A stretch of 64,000 nucleotides of DNA from the human T2T-CHM13v2.0 reference genome, Homo sapiens (GCF_009914755.1 NC_060925.1); one strand, 5' to 3'; counted from the first letter of the stretch, positions 40,643-55,607 are shown. Notes: generated by a model from the sequence alone, not told the origin. Program-made: numbers and translations.

Positions 40643-43029
40643 ATAGATGAATTTATAAATATTTATATAGATTTGGATATAGCTTTACTGACCTCTCTTC
40701 ACTTGATAAGCCCCCTCATCCTCTTGCAGTCCTTTTAGCACCAACTCTGCCAGGAGGCCTTTCTAAATCTGAGATTTGTGTCCTCTCGTATTTTAAGCTA
40801 CCGGATCAGAAACTACCTGTCCTAAACCCACCTGAGCAAAGCACCCTCGTCCATGTTGCCAGCAGTGCTCTATGTACATGTGTACACATCACACAGCATT
40901 GTCATTCCTGGGTTTTGTTTTATTTTTCTGTAAACTTTTTTCATAACCAATTGTTACCAGTCCATATAATGTCTTTCTTTTACTACTGTAATTCATTTTA
41001 ATTAGTTAATTCCTGCATCCTCATTTTTTCCTGCCATTACCTCTCCCTATAGCCACCTGCTGTATAGCATTCTTTGGATTCATAAACATGTATGGATTCT
41101 TGATTGTGGATAAGACTGTGAAAATGTCTGTGTATTTTACACATAATTGCTATTCACCTGTCTCTCTGCTGCTGAATTGGAAGCTACTTGAGGAAGGGAA
41201 ACCAGCCTTTTCCCAACCTGAACACCTTGCACAGTGTCTGATTCCCAGTAAGAGCTCAATAAATGAGTGTCAAATCCATGCATGACATGATACATTAATG
41301 AATTAAAAGCCCTACATTTTAGTTGAATTTCTAATAATCTTGGTGGGCTTTACAAGTTTTATATCTCTTGCTACAAATCTAACCATGAGAACTTGCAATA
41401 AGGGCTAAAAATTTTAAAATATGAGACCATTTGAATCTCAGCCTCTTTTGCTGCCCATGTCTTCCTTCTCTGGCATGTCCCTGAAGCACTCTGTCCCAAC
41501 TGATACTAGTAGATATTTTAGACCATCTAGTGGACAGTAGCTTAAATGTTTGACAGATTTCTACTTCTTTCTCAAAATGGTTGCTGATTAATAACTGAAA
41601 GGATCAACCCCAGAGGGAACCTGAGGTTTCCTACCTGCCCAAAGCCAGCTTTCACATTCCCATTTTCCACCAGAGGACTGCAAAGATTTTTCCCTTGACT
41701 TTGAAACAACACTTGGTTTCACAGTCTGCTTGCCTGTGGTTTAGGAACCGAGCATGTCAGCACTCCTTTTTACTGCCTCAGTGCAGCAGCAAATGTGTTC
41801 TGTTCTCTCCTTTCAAAAGTGAAGATTGTATTTTAAAATCACTCTTGCCCCTAGGGAGCCACTCACTCCTAACTCCCTGACAGGCCATGAGGACCTCAAA
41901 ATTAAGAAAGATGTCCAGAAATGTGAGTTTGTACAGAAAGGACTAGAAAACCATCCAGACATGTAACGGCTTGGTTGCGTGCCTGGCTTCTGTCAGGAGA
42001 AATGTGTGTCTGAATTTTCAGGCTCATAATAGACATGTACAGCTAACTGACTTTTATTTTGCCTCTGTCATATTGATCTATCAGTGAATCTATAACAGAA
42101 GATGGGAGCTTGGAAAAGTAAAAAGTAATAACCATTGAGATGGATAGCCTGAGCAAAAATGTAGTTTCATGGGGACACTTAGTGCAAAGAACTGTAGATT
42201 CATGTCAAGGGGGCATAAGTATCCCCTTCAAAGCCAACTGTTAAAAACACCTAGTGCACAGATGACCTGCCTTCAGAATACGATATGTTTCTGTATTGAT
42301 TTTCAGAGTTTCAGAACAACAGGAAATAGCCAAATGAAAGTTTCTTTGCAGAGTACTAAAAGTAATTTACCTTCTGCCTTTGATTTCAGCTTCAGATTTT
42401 GTTTTATGGTTCAAAGTACAAGTGCTTATTTTAAAAAATTCATTTCTAACTTATGGTGGAAAGCAGCACCAGAGACCAAGGAAATGTGGAGCAAGAAATG
42501 AGCCATGAAATGAAACAAAGCAAAACCCCCCAAATTGCATTAATGGAGTTAGTGGTAAGTCATTACACAATGAAGTTTGTCTTTTAAGCACAGGCCCACT
42601 GATTGGCAGGCAGGATTTTACCATTATCAGAATGAGGAGCCTACAAAATGCCCAAAACTGTGGCTTTGAAGTCATCTATATTTAGCTTCTGTAATTCCAT
42701 CTTTTGTACCTCCCTTTGCATGAAAAATAAAGTGTCATATTCAAATAAAATTGGCCTTCCAGGACAGAAGAAAACACAGTTTACTTTCCAGTACAAATTG
42801 GTACCATTTGCACATGTTTGGTCTACAGTAAGTACTAAGCATGGGGCAATACTAATAATTTGTGAGTCTTGACTAGACCTCTTTTTTTAAAGAGATTATT
42901 CACTTTATATTCAAATAAATTTGGTTTATACAGTATATGATGATGCAAGGAAACAAGTTTCAGCTTATTCAATGCCCAAACTTGAAATTTATTTGTTTCC
43001 ATTGTTTTCTTCATTTCGGGCTTTAAGAA

Positions 43030-43480
43030 GTTGCATTAAGCAGAGTTCTGGCAAGAAACAGAACTCAAAAGAAGCAATTAAAGAGTTTCAACAGAGGCAC
43101 AAAGCATGGGCAGGGTTAAGGGAATTCAACCAAGGAGGGTGAAACAAGCATTCCTGAGGCTCCCAACCACCACCACGTCTGAAGTGAAGAGAGAAGGGAA
43201 TGTTTAAAGAGTCCATGCAGCCTGAGTCTGAAGGGAAGGCCACCCAACAGGAGCTGGGGCCGATGGAAGAGGAGCTCAGACACTGCCAATCCATGAACCG
43301 AGGGAACAAACACCCCGACTTTTCTTTCTTCATGTCTTCTAGCTTCCTACCAGGGGCTCCTATTGGGTGAACCCCACTGAAAACCAGATGAAAAAAGCTT
43401 AGTTTCACAGTCTATTCATATCAGCCTGCTGAAACATACAGCCAAGGGAGAAAGCCCCAGAGTGATCTAGAAGGGCACAT
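43030..43480 (-). mobile_element. Ancient ERVL-type LTR relic (LTR33/LTR16-like)
   Basis: 'cagagttctggcaagaaacaga...gggcagggttaagggaa...ctcctattgggtgaacccca'; resemblance only. Confidence 0.45.
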
Positions 43481-44869
43481 TAAAAAAACAAACAAAAACG
43501 AAACAAAACAAAACATTGCATCATAAGAGTATTTTATTCTAGATATATGCTCTATGCTCATAGAAATGGCAATATAATTGCAATTCTTCAATTTCAGCAG
43601 AAAAACAAAAATGCAGCTTTTTGCTGCACGTATGACATACCCTGACCAAGTTAAGAGAGAGATTCGGCTTTGGGAAGAACAAGGATGAAGTAAGTGGGAG
43701 AAACTGTTAAGATCTTCCGAAATAGAAGTTAAACGAAATTAAACAAAGCAGAACAAAAGCAATGGAAATCTGTTAACCTTTGCCTTCCACTTCTTAGCAA
43801 ATACAACATTACAGCAAGCATAAATACTGTGAAAATATTCCCAGGAGCCATGGGAATAACTAACCTCTTCCTCACTCTCTGCTCAAAAAACTCTCCTAAT
43901 CAGACTATTGAAATATGCCCCCTAGTTAATAAGAAAAACAACAGGAAACTGGGATTTGCTTTAAAGACATTTAATCATAGACTATATTTTAAAATATGCA
44001 TTATATCCATAAAAAGAGTGATATCAGTATCATATGTTTGTCAAAACAAGGTTAAAATGTATATGAACTTTTGACTTTTTCCTTTCTAAATCACACCCTT
44101 GTAAGGAGCCCATTTTATTGTAAACATTTAAATCTGTTAGGTATTAGATATGAGCTCAGTTATTTTTGTTTTGTGTATTTTTTTATTCACAGATGTTTTT
44201 ATTATGCTTTCTGCAATCAAATGATCTGGGTTAGAATTAGAGGATTAGAATGCCATTGGATCTTACTTTAAAAATACAAATTTATCTATTTTCATTAGGA
44301 ACCTGACATTCTTATCCAGAAAATTTACATTCCATGCTGAATCCAGGTATTATGTAACACATATTGGTTGTATTTTTTTAAAAAAAGTAACAACTACTTC
44401 CCTACATAGATAAAATATCTATCCATTATCCACCTATCTATGAATCTAAATTTACAATGAATCAAGTGCAAAAAATAACCTAGCCTACTTACAGAGTTCT
44501 CTCTACAATTGCCAGTCACTGGAAAAATATTCACAATCCTTTAAGTCCATTAGGATGGTTGGTTCTCACTTCAGATAAAATGATAACTATGTTCTGCCCA
44601 AATTTGCTTTGCTTTCATTCTTTGCTTGCACTCTCAACAAAAACAACTTTTTAAAGCTTGAATATTTCACGAACAGTTTTGAATGGCTTCAATTGTTCTG
44701 TATTTTTAAAGTGCAGATAACTGTAGGAAAAATATATAGCTAAAGATGTCTCTCGAAGTATGTTGACACTCCAATTTCATTAGAACAGGATTAAAATGTA
44801 TATTTACATGTTGTGTGTAAGGAAAATACCAGCTTTACAGTGGTAAGTATATATGTGAAGAACTCATTT

Positions 44870-45245
44870 CAGCATATGACTATACATACACCCACATACA
44901 CATGCATAGACATAAACACAGACACACATATGCACACATATAAACATACACTTACACACATAAATGCACATATACATACATACATACATAGATATACACA
45001 CATACACCTATATACATACTCATACATATCCAGCCATAAATACATACATAATACAAGTACACAAACACACATATACACACATACACATAGGCATACACAC
45101 ATACATACACACATACATACACACATATCACATGCATACAGATAAACACATGCACACATACACAAACACATACAAATGAACACATATACATACGGACATA
45201 CACACACATATACACATACACATACATATACACACACACATCAAC
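44870..45245. repeat. Degenerate (CA/TA)n microsatellite, ~370 bp
   Basis: Directly visible; source of the HTYI/CVYM-rich spurious ORFs. Confidence 0.95.
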
Positions 45246-47660
45246 ATCCATACTCATGCTGACCTGGGATAGGACTGTGAAGAAAAAGGATAGGATTTGA
45301 AATCAGAAAGTTGGCATTCAAACCTGATTCCACCTCTTCTTAATTATAATCTTAAACCTACACTACCTTTTACCCTATCAATTACTTCTCTAGCAACTCC
45401 CCTGAACCCTGTGCTCTCATCCATAACTTATATATTTGTAATTCCCTGAACTCTCTGTATAGGCATCTGCCATCACTCATTTGCTTCCTAAGTACCATTG
45501 CCTTAAGTTCGCTCATCACTTGATTTTGTTAACTTGTCTCTTGTTTCAAGTCTCAGCTAACTTGTCACCTTCTCTAGGTTCCCTTCTTGAATTTCTCCAA
45601 ACTGAGTCAGATGACTGCCTCACTCTTATTCTCCTGTGGCCACTGTACATACCTCCTATATCACAGTGCTATCCCATTGTCTTTTGAATTTCTGTTACCT
45701 TGCATGTCTTCTCCACTGGATCAAAATTCTTTGGAGGACAGCACCTTTTTTGTTTACTTTCATATTTTCAGTACCTTATATGGCACATAGTTAGAATTTC
45801 AATGAGAGTTTTATGAATAAATGAATCTTGAACTCACTGAATTTAACTTTTGACTCCCAGCCTCACCAAATCTTTAGGTACTATCCTTCCATAAAGAAAT
45901 GAGGGAACATAAAATTCCAAGTGTTTCAGAAACATGCTAAAGTAAACAACAGAAAGAGTGGAGCAGAAGTTAAACCCAAGGCTGTCTTACTTCAAAGACT
46001 GTACTGTGTCATGTTCCCTTTCCAGGTAGTTCTCCAAACCTCTGTTTATCAGAGAAATGGGGCTAAGAAAACTGCCCACCCTACAAGGCTGATAAAAGGA
46101 ACCAGAGAAATCATGTTAGTTAATGATTTGGAACAGAGTAACAGAAAAGTCTAACTTTTTTATTTTACTTTTACGGAGGAAATATCTGTAAATAGCACAG
46201 AGAATAAGTGAATCCGAAGAGATTTCCTGGACACGTTTCCTTACCCCAACTTACACCAAGGGTTCTCTTTACCAAGCTCTATCCGGCCACCTTAGTCTCC
46301 CCCTAGCATGTGTGCTAAGCACAGATGCACTCCTAGAGTTTATATAAACCAGCACTGACAAGGAAAGTATAGAACCAGAATGAATAAAGAGTATGAGGCT
46401 CAGGAAGGCTGCTCATTCTATTTGTCTGCAAAATGCCATCAGCTTGCAGTTTAAAGAGAGAACAACATAAGTAGAGCAAAGTTCAATTGCTCTCCAATTT
46501 AGCCCTAATTAACGAATTGAAAGCTGTTTGTATATAACCAAAGATACCTTTTGTTTTGTTGTTGTGGTTCAGCAATTGAGATGAGTAGTCCAAGTGATTA
46601 GTAACTACCAGAGAAGAAGGCAATTTGGGGACAAGTACATGCAATTTTAGTACTGTTTTATGGGGTAAATAATGAGTTTAGAAATGTTTTCACTATTTTA
46701 ATAAGAAAAAAGAATTTTAACAAACATGGATTATTTGTAGCTATCCAAAGGCAATAAAATCCAAGGCAATCTATGGAAATTAGTCCCCCATTTTTGCAAG
46801 ACAAACGTGTGAATCAATTGTATTTTCCAATGCTCTGTTGAGAGGAGGTATCTCAGAAAGGCAAAATGCATTACTTCATATTAGCAATGCCATTCCTACT
46901 GACAATTTAACTTTCAGTGGCTCTAACTCGAGTCCAAACACACGTTTTCCACAAGAGTCCCATGGGAACTTGCAATCACCTTTTCATACCCCTAAGTTGG
47001 TGCAGATCAGGAGCAAGCCCCCCTGGATGCTAAAGCAGGAGATCCTTCTCTCTCCTTCTTCCCCAACTGTCGTGTCTATAACTTACAAAATCAAAATGGA
47101 GTTTTTAGAAACAGGATGCTTGGACTGAAGACAGGAACGTGGGATGGGGCCCTGACAGGAGCAGGAATCACATGCAACTGGAGGGGTCAGCAATGAGGGC
47201 CAGGAGCTGTGTGCTTCCTTTCACACTGTCTATCCATCAGTAATTTTCACCTGGTGCTCAGTCATTTTCTATCTATTAAAACCAAATTCCCAGCCAGCTC
47301 AGAATGGGCTGGCCTTGAATATCCCTGTCTTTACTGAATTCTTTCTTTCTTAACTGACGCTTTGTGGTTGAACAGATGCATCCCAGATGTGCAAAAAATA
47401 GTTCACATTCACAGAGAATAAAGTCCTGGCTCATTAAAGGGAAGACAACATTCCATCCTGGCTTAGAATACCAAGATAGCATTTCCCAGAGTTGACAGCG
47501 AATTGGAAAATTTAACAAAAGCCATAGAAATACTTCCTGGGTCACCAAGAAAGTCATAACAAGAGAATACCATTGATATCCCACCCAGTTCCAAGGGCTT
47601 CCCTTGGCGCTTAGCCTCCTAGCCATCTCACACATACTCACCTTTCCTGACTCCTAGTTA

Positions 47661-48041
<381 letters not shown>

Positions 48042-49880
48042 TCAAGTCTGTAAAGGCTGCAAAGGGTCTGAGCATGTTCCTCCAATTATCAAAAACCCAT
48101 TCACAACTCAGGAACTCTCAAGAGGTTGCTCCCTTGTCTATTGCCACTTACAGACCATCTTGCTCAAAGTGATGCTAGAAGTGCTGGCAAAGAGAACATC
48201 TTCACTGGAGTGTCTTGGGAGAAAAATTTCTTTGCTGCACATTTCTTAATAAAATTCAATTATGTAAAATGAGGAGAGAGCTGACTAAAGAAGATAGAAT
48301 GAAAAGGAAACATTGCACAAAGATATGTTTTTATTTGACCAACAGGCTTTATTTTGATTCCCCAATCTTCTGGAACTCAGACTTTCTCAGCAAACAATTG
48401 CACTGCCCACTGAGAGTAAACAGCAAACCTGCCAATATCACAATATACCCTGAGATGAACACGTGTGAGGGAAAGACTTCATATGCCAGACATAATCCTG
48501 ATGGTTCCCAAATACACACTGGTTCCCAGATAAAGTCTGGTGACTGGCTAATGCTTTTCACTGTGATTAAAAGCAAATATTTTAAAAAATATTTAATGAT
48601 TCATTATTATATTTTTCTGAGTGCTTAAGTCTATTGTCTCATTATTGTTTGTTTATTTGTAGTTTGGGAAAATTTTGTTGGGACAAGGTAACAAGATAGA
48701 TCTCAGCTACAGCCAGAAGTCATAATGTTCAGACACACATTAATTCTGTGGACAATATGAGAAAATGGGAGCAACAATTACCCTATAATTAGGGTTGTGA
48801 ATTGGGGAAGGGCAATGTCCAATATCACAGAGGGAGGGTTGAAAGAAACTAGAGATTTGACAGAAAGTGATCAAGCTCACAAACGTATCTATCATTGCCT
48901 CATTTTTTAATGTTTTAGGTGAATGAATTTGAGTTTCTGTGTTGAGCAATGACTTGAATATTTCATCTCACTCATGTAGCCCTTGTCACAAATTATTTTT
49001 CCTACTTTAGAATCTACTGGACTGCTATAAAATAAAACTCTAATGCTTGGAACAACAATAACAGAAACCAAAATTTTATGCTTTGTTCTTTTACAGGCCC
49101 CTTCAAACCCCAGGAACAGGTGCTTTAAGTTAGGCTGCCGAAGGCCAGTGGGGCCTGGCTTTATTATACTTTGGTAAATAATAGTCACTGTTGTCATCAG
49201 AGTTCTCTACACTTCCAGAAAATGTCACTAGCCACATGTCAGCAGGGTTGTCTAATTTCTACAGCTAAGGTGGCAAGAAGGTTATTAGAAGTAATAGCAA
49301 ATTTAAAGTTTTATTAGCAGTAAACTGCAAAAGCTAATGGTGATGCCAACACTAGATAAAATCATTGTCACAGTTAATTCTGAACTCCTTATTTCAAGCT
49401 TAATAATAGGAAACTCAATGGAAAGGATATTACACGCCCCATATCACTCATGAGTGCCTCAGGCCTGAGTAACTTGTTATTTTGCTCATGAGTGAAATAA
49501 AATGCAGATTATACTGCCTGCTATCAGGGGCATTGTTTTAATTGAGGGTGTATGCATGGTGATGAGCGGGGCTCCGAGTAGGTTCTCATTTTTGTAAATG
49601 TTATGAGAATATTCTTCTCATTTGTAACTGTGACTCGGCACATCACCTTTCTATTACTTGTGGGTGTGTGTGTGTGCTTTTAGAGTTACCTTTGTTTCAG
49701 CTCCAGAGAAATGAAAGCAGCTGGGGAGACGGGAGGGTAGCATTTGGTGCTTCTCACCAGCATTTCTGCAAAAGTGCTTCTCCAGCATTCTAGCGCCTTT
49801 GTCTCCAATCCCTCAGTCTACAGAGGCAAACAATGGAATATTTGTGTTGCTCTGTTTGTCTCATTCCAATCCTGTATGCC

Positions 49881-49882
<2 letters not shown>

Positions 49883-49924
<42 letters not shown>
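49883..49924 (+). repeat. Perfect (CA)21 microsatellite
   Basis: Directly counted. Confidence 0.97.
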
Positions 49925-49926
<2 letters not shown>

Positions 49927-51769
49927 GCCCTTCCACTCTGATATACACTCCCGGCCAGGAATAAATAATACAAGATGCACTCCTCTATGCTTTACATTTA
50001 CTAAGAAAATAGGTGTTTCCGAGAATCAAGATCACATGGGATTTTGTGTTCTTTTTCTAAAGTATGTTGCTCTTTTTTTCAAACAAGTTGAAGCGATTTC
50101 TGATCCTATGCCACAAATCATCCAAATGGGCTGCCTTGAGAGCCATGCATGCATTCCTGCTTTAAGGGGAGCCTTCCATTCACTTGACACGGACTGTCTG
50201 TTATTATGCAGGGCTAACTTCAGGCTGCAGTGTGCGTGGAGACGACTATTTTGAAGCAGGTCCTATTCCCTTTGATTGAAGTTGAAATCCTAAGACTTCC
50301 ACAGCCGAGATCATTTGTGCCTCTCTGAGTTTCAATATTCCCTTTGAAATATTTGTCTGATGATACACCGTATGGACAGAGCCTCCTATAGTTCAGTTTC
50401 TGAGCAATTATCACTCCATGGCAATTTGACTTCATGTAGCAGTGGAGAAATAAAATACTTAAGGCTGCTGCCAGCCTGCCTAACAAAGCTTTTGCATAAG
50501 TTAAAGACTCAGAAAGGGGTGGGAAACAGTAGTCAAACCTTTGCTTTATCTTTTAAGTTTGTAAAACATATAAAATCTGAGTTCAAAATCTTAGAGGTTG
50601 TGACAGACTTCTCCATTAGCAGGTGAAATTAGCCCCCAAATTATAATCTTGATTGATTCAATAATGTTCAACTAGTAGTGGAATGAGTTTTATTTTGAAT
50701 AATTTCCTCACTCCTGTTTCTCTGCATCCTATTTCAGTTTGCAGTCTGTCCTTTAAATGGCATTTCCTTTTTGCCAAAGCACCATGCTGTGAATTTATTG
50801 AGAAATGGGTGTGTTTACAATAAGACTATGCCATTACCAATAAGTCCCATTCATATCAGAAAAAATTAAACATTATATTCCTAAATTGTAAACAAACAGT
50901 CCTAAATTCCAGAGATTATTATTCCCAGAAAGGCAAAGTACAGAGCCAAGAGAATTTGTAAATATGTACAACTTTACAAGATTGATATGGACACCGATGC
51001 ATGCTGCGCTCATCTCTGCTTATTTCTTATTCATACACATCATTCTTATGTTTGACAATGAACATGGTATTGTGGCACTTGAAATCCTTTTTTTATTAAA
51101 AAAACAGAAAGAATGTCAGCCAGTTAAACATGATATTAGGATTTCATCTTATTTTTTTGTTTTGTTTTGCAGCAAGAGAATTTAAAAGAACCATCAATCC
51201 TCTCTAAAAGGTACTTTTAATAAATTGGCATACCTAATTTTGCATGGATGCCATGATGTCTGGCCTGCTTCTATTTGGAGTCTCTTGGGATCTATACAGA
51301 TTTTTAATAGTCATGAGAACTTGTCTTGTACTGTGGATTGTAGAATTGTCTTCTATTATAGTCAGCTATCCACTCTATTTAAGACAGAAGTTTCTTTTGC
51401 TGCTTTCTTGGAGTTGTTTGATGGTTTATTAATACATAAAAATCTGTTGGTAATTATAGGTTAACGTAATTAGCAAACATTTTAAACAATCTTTTTCTAG
51501 GAACAGTTTTTGTCACTTTTTCATGATTGTTTAAATATTATACCTTTAAACTCTGTAATAATTTCATCTAAGCAAAAGCCTTGATCTTTAAATCATTTGA
51601 TGAACCTTAACTATCCATGATTTGTTTCAAAACTAAGTCCACACGGAGACTTCACTATGCCATGTGCCTCATCTAGTTATTAAATGTGTGATACACGTGC
51701 TTCTTAATGTGTGCATATTAGCTATTTTTAAATTATAATTTTACCATGAAGAAATGAATAAAACTTCCA

Positions 51770-52830
51770 AAAATGTCTGTCTCAGTGGAATGTACACTAT
51801 CGTAGGGAGATATGTATATATATAGTATATTGGTTGGTGATAAGTGTTATGGAGAAAAATCAGGCAGAAAAGATAATGTTTAGGGAGAGCCTCTCTGAAA
51901 AGATGACATTTGCACAAAAGGCCCCAAAGGAAGTAAGGAAGCAAGCCATGCAGCTAGGGATGCCATGCAGCTAGCCATGTTCTAGGCAGAGGGAAAAGCA
52001 ATTGTCAAAGCATTGAGACAGGGGCCTCCCTGGAACATGTGAAGAGTATCAGGGAAGCCAATGTGGCAGAGGCAGTGGGAGTAAGAAAAAGAGAACTGCA
52101 GTGGATGAGATCAGAGAAATGGTGATGGTAGAGAATGTGTGTGTGTTGGGGGGGGCATCCATTGAGTGGCTTCTACTGAGTCAGATGAACAGCTTTCAAA
52201 GGATCCTTAGCAGATAAGTGATGTGATCTGCCTTATGACTTAGAAAAGAAAACCCGAGCTACCCTGAGAATAGACCCTCGAGAGAAAAAGGGAAGGAAAT
52301 AGACGAGTTAAGAAGCTGTTGAAATAATGCAGATGAGAGATGAGGAAGGTTTGTATTATCAGTAGAGATGGGATGGAGAAGTTACATTCTGGATATATTT
52401 AGAAGCTGGGGTAGATAGGATTTGCCAACAAATTGGATTAAAAATGTGAAAGAATGAAAGTCAAGGATAATTCCAAGTTTTTAATCTGACCAAATGGAAG
52501 GTCAGAATTGCCATTTATTAAATGGAGAAAAGTTTGGGAGAAGCAGATTTGGTGGAGGCAAGTGGATAAAGGTTTGAACATTTAAGGATGGGGTTGAGTA
52601 AGCAATTGCATCTAGGAGTCTCTATGTCAGGGAGACAGCTTTTGCTTCAAGATTTTGAGGCCATGAGAAGAAGAGAAGAAGTCCAAAGGCTGAGTTCTTA
52701 GACACTCATTGTTTAGAGTTCAGGGAGATAAGGAGAACCCAGCAAGCAAGACTAAGAAGAAATGATCCGTGAGGAAGGACTGGATTCAGGAGAGTGCTAT
52801 GTCTCAGAAGCCAAGTGAAGAATTAAAGAA
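51770..52830 (-). mobile_element. L2 LINE fragment, antisense
   Basis: 'tggtgataagtgttatggagaaaaatcaggcag...agcctctctgaaaagatgacatttg...gtcaaggataattccaagttttt...agaagccaagtgaaga'. Confidence 0.8.
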
Positions 52831-54298
52831 ATGAAGCATGACAGTAAAACTTATACACTTATTTCTAAATAAAAATAATCTATTCATCCCAAAATAGCAT
52901 GACATTTAATGTGTCGATGAATATATTTAAATTTAAAGAAACAGATTCTACTTTGAAATCTAAATTGAGTAGTATAATTGTTGATTAAAACACTCAAGAG
53001 ATTATAGTCAAATCCCTACTTTATTTATTTTACAGTGCCATGAACATTCAAAAGTTTGACCCAATTCTGTTGAGATTCCAAAAATTATTTTCAAATTCTT
53101 TTGGTCTTTTTATAGTGTAATATGTATGAAATATCATGTTTGCTCTGGGGTACAGTATTGTTTTTAATGCTGGGCACTGTAAAAATTCTCAAATTTTAGA
53201 ATTCCTAAGTATCTGCTTTTTGTTTGTTCTTGGTTTATATTTTCTGATGTCAAAGGTCTCATATTTGCATGCCTGTTCTAGGCATGGATTGTGGGAGTCT
53301 GAGCTTTAAAATAGTCCACAAGAATCATTTTGTGATTTGGGCTTTATCTACTGCCTGTAATTTTAGGCATCAATTTTGAAGTCATATCAGTAGCCTTACC
53401 ACTTGAAGTACCACCAAGTAGGAGGCTAATTTTATCTAAGAAAAGTGTTTCTACTTCCTTTGTTTTTGGTTTTGGTGAAGACATAGAGGGGATAGGAGGA
53501 TAAAGTAGAAAGAAGTGATTTGGCAACTATCCTATTAGTTTAAATCCCAATTAGACCTAACTGCATAATTCAGAACCCAAGTTGATTCTCCTAGCAGCTC
53601 CCCTTTAAGGGGCTCTGGGGCTGTCCCATCACAGAAGCCCTCCACTGAACTTCCTCCCCAGTTGCTCCCATGGGCACGTTGCCTTGTGTCAGAAGTCAGA
53701 GTATGTCTTCTTCCAGCTTGAGTTTCTAGCTTCTAAATATTTGTAGCAGACTTTAAGTGGCAGGATAAGTGGATAAATGAGGAATATATCACAGAGACTC
53801 ACAAAACTGCTCAGGCCCAACTAGTGCCTATGTTATCAGCTCCTCCAATCTCTGTACTTTTCCTTTGCTAGAGACATCACACCCACAACTGCTTTTCAAT
53901 GCCCTTGCCACAAGGCTCTGAGTTCCATGGGGACCCATGTCTTATACATTGTTATATTCCTGGTATCTGACACCATATCAAGCATACTAAGATACTTTTA
54001 AAATAAAGCATGAGAGGCCCAAACTACCTTGTTTAAAAAGGCAGAAAAAAATTGTAAAGAAGGATGACAAGGCGTGAATATTTTTCAAATCACAATCATA
54101 AAAATTTTTATAAATTGTTATTTATATATAGATTATATATAATCTATTTATATTAGATTAAATATAATCACAAATAAATTAATGAATGGATCTCATATAG
54201 TTTATTTTAAGTAGAATTCATAGTACGGAGGAGAAGTAAAATCACCAGATACAAAATTAACAGATGTTTTAGTAGCCCAAAGTGTGGAGTAGGAAGTA

Positions 54299-54671
54299 TA
54301 CGTTAGTCCATTCTCACACTGCTATAAAGATACTACCCGATACTGGGTAACTTATAAAGGAAAAAGGTTTAACTGACTCACAGTTCCACATGGCTAGGAA
54401 GGCCTCAGTTAACTTACAATCATGATGGAAGGTGAAGGGGAAGCAAACTTGAACTTTTCACATGGCAGCAGGAGAGAGTGCTAGCAAGAGCAGGGAAAAC
54501 TGCCTTATAAAACCATCAGATCTTGTGGGAACTTACTCACTATCACGAGAACAGCAAAGGGGAAACTCTCCCTCTTAATCCAACCACTTCCCACCAGGGA
54601 TCTCCCTACAACAACGAGGGATTACAATTCAAGATGAGATTTGGGTGGGGACACAAAGCCTAACCATTTAA
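54299..54671 (-). mobile_element. MSTA-like MaLR solo LTR
   Basis: 'ttagtccattctcacactgctataaagatactacccgatactgggtaac...aacttacaatcatgatggaaggtgaaggggaagca...ggattacaattcaagatgagatttgggtggggacaca'. Confidence 0.9.
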
Positions 54672-54791
54672 GACATCTTAGAATTCTACCTACCTCAGTA
54701 ATCTTGAGAGACAAATATCTGTTATTTTCACCTTTGAGGAAACTAAGATTTCAAAGATTTAGCTGACTTGCCCAAGGACATCTACCTGAGA

Positions 54792-54870
54792 AATGTTTCT
54801 TACTAGCAATGTCCCCAGGAGATATTCGGCAATGTTTGGAAACATTTTTGGTTGTCACAAATGGGAAGAA
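54792..54870 (+). mobile_element. MER20 (hAT-Charlie) fragment
   Basis: 'ccccaggagatattcggcaatgtttggaaacatttttggttgtcacaaatggg' resembles the MER20 consensus. Confidence 0.65.
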
Positions 54871-55545
54871 GCTGGAAAACTTTTACCTGGCCCAGGTTAA
54901 AATTCTATTAGCACGTAAGAAGAAAAGAAGATATCAAAAAAGAAGGAGAGAACATATCAAAGTTGCTTCATAATTAATATAAAGTCAGATGCTCCAGGAG
55001 GTGTCAAATAATTTGCCCATGATCTGATGATAGTCAACTTACTCACCATTACCTTGTTCTTTCCAGTAATGATGACTCACACTTTTCTTTATAGCCTAAA
55101 TGAAAAAGAATAACATAAAGCAAGACTCAACAAACTAAGGGTCTTCTTGATACTAAGAATAAATTAGAAGTTCAAGTTCCCTATGAGATTTACAGGCTCC
55201 TTTAGAGAAAGTACATTATTAAGCACATGTCCTTCTAAGTGATCAGGATGTAAGTTTTCCTTGCAGTATAATGCTTTTAGGCTAAGAGGTAACAGAGTCC
55301 AGAGACTGAAGGGAGACACAGGATGAGAAAGGGAGGCAACTGATATGATGTGCTATACACAAATGTGTGACAGTCTCACCCTATGAAGGCTCACAGCTCT
55401 CCAGTTCCTTTTGATGACTGCCTGTGTGGCCAAAGTTTAAAATAGACTTAGTAAAAATGAGTGCTGTGCCACAGGAGGAGATGGAAGAGGATGAGAAAAT
55501 TACGAAGTACAATGTAGACAGCTTAGCTAGGAAGATGATGTTGAC

Positions 55546-55563
55546 ATAGATGATAGATCAATC

Positions 55564-55607
<44 letters not shown>
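55546..55607 (+). repeat. GATA tetranucleotide STR; perfect (GATA)11 at 55564-55607
   Basis: Directly counted; imperfect upstream units 'tagatgatagatcaatc'. Confidence 0.97.

Noticed and set aside
44813-45257. ORFs up to 122 aa, and a possible second large palindrome
   Set aside because: Microsatellite translations. The flanks are not inverted copies of each other, unlike 4417-5015.
51945-51980. Repeated gccatgcagctag
   Set aside because: Local slippage duplication inside an L2 relic, like the 15-bp duplication at ~61093-61121; no sign of function.
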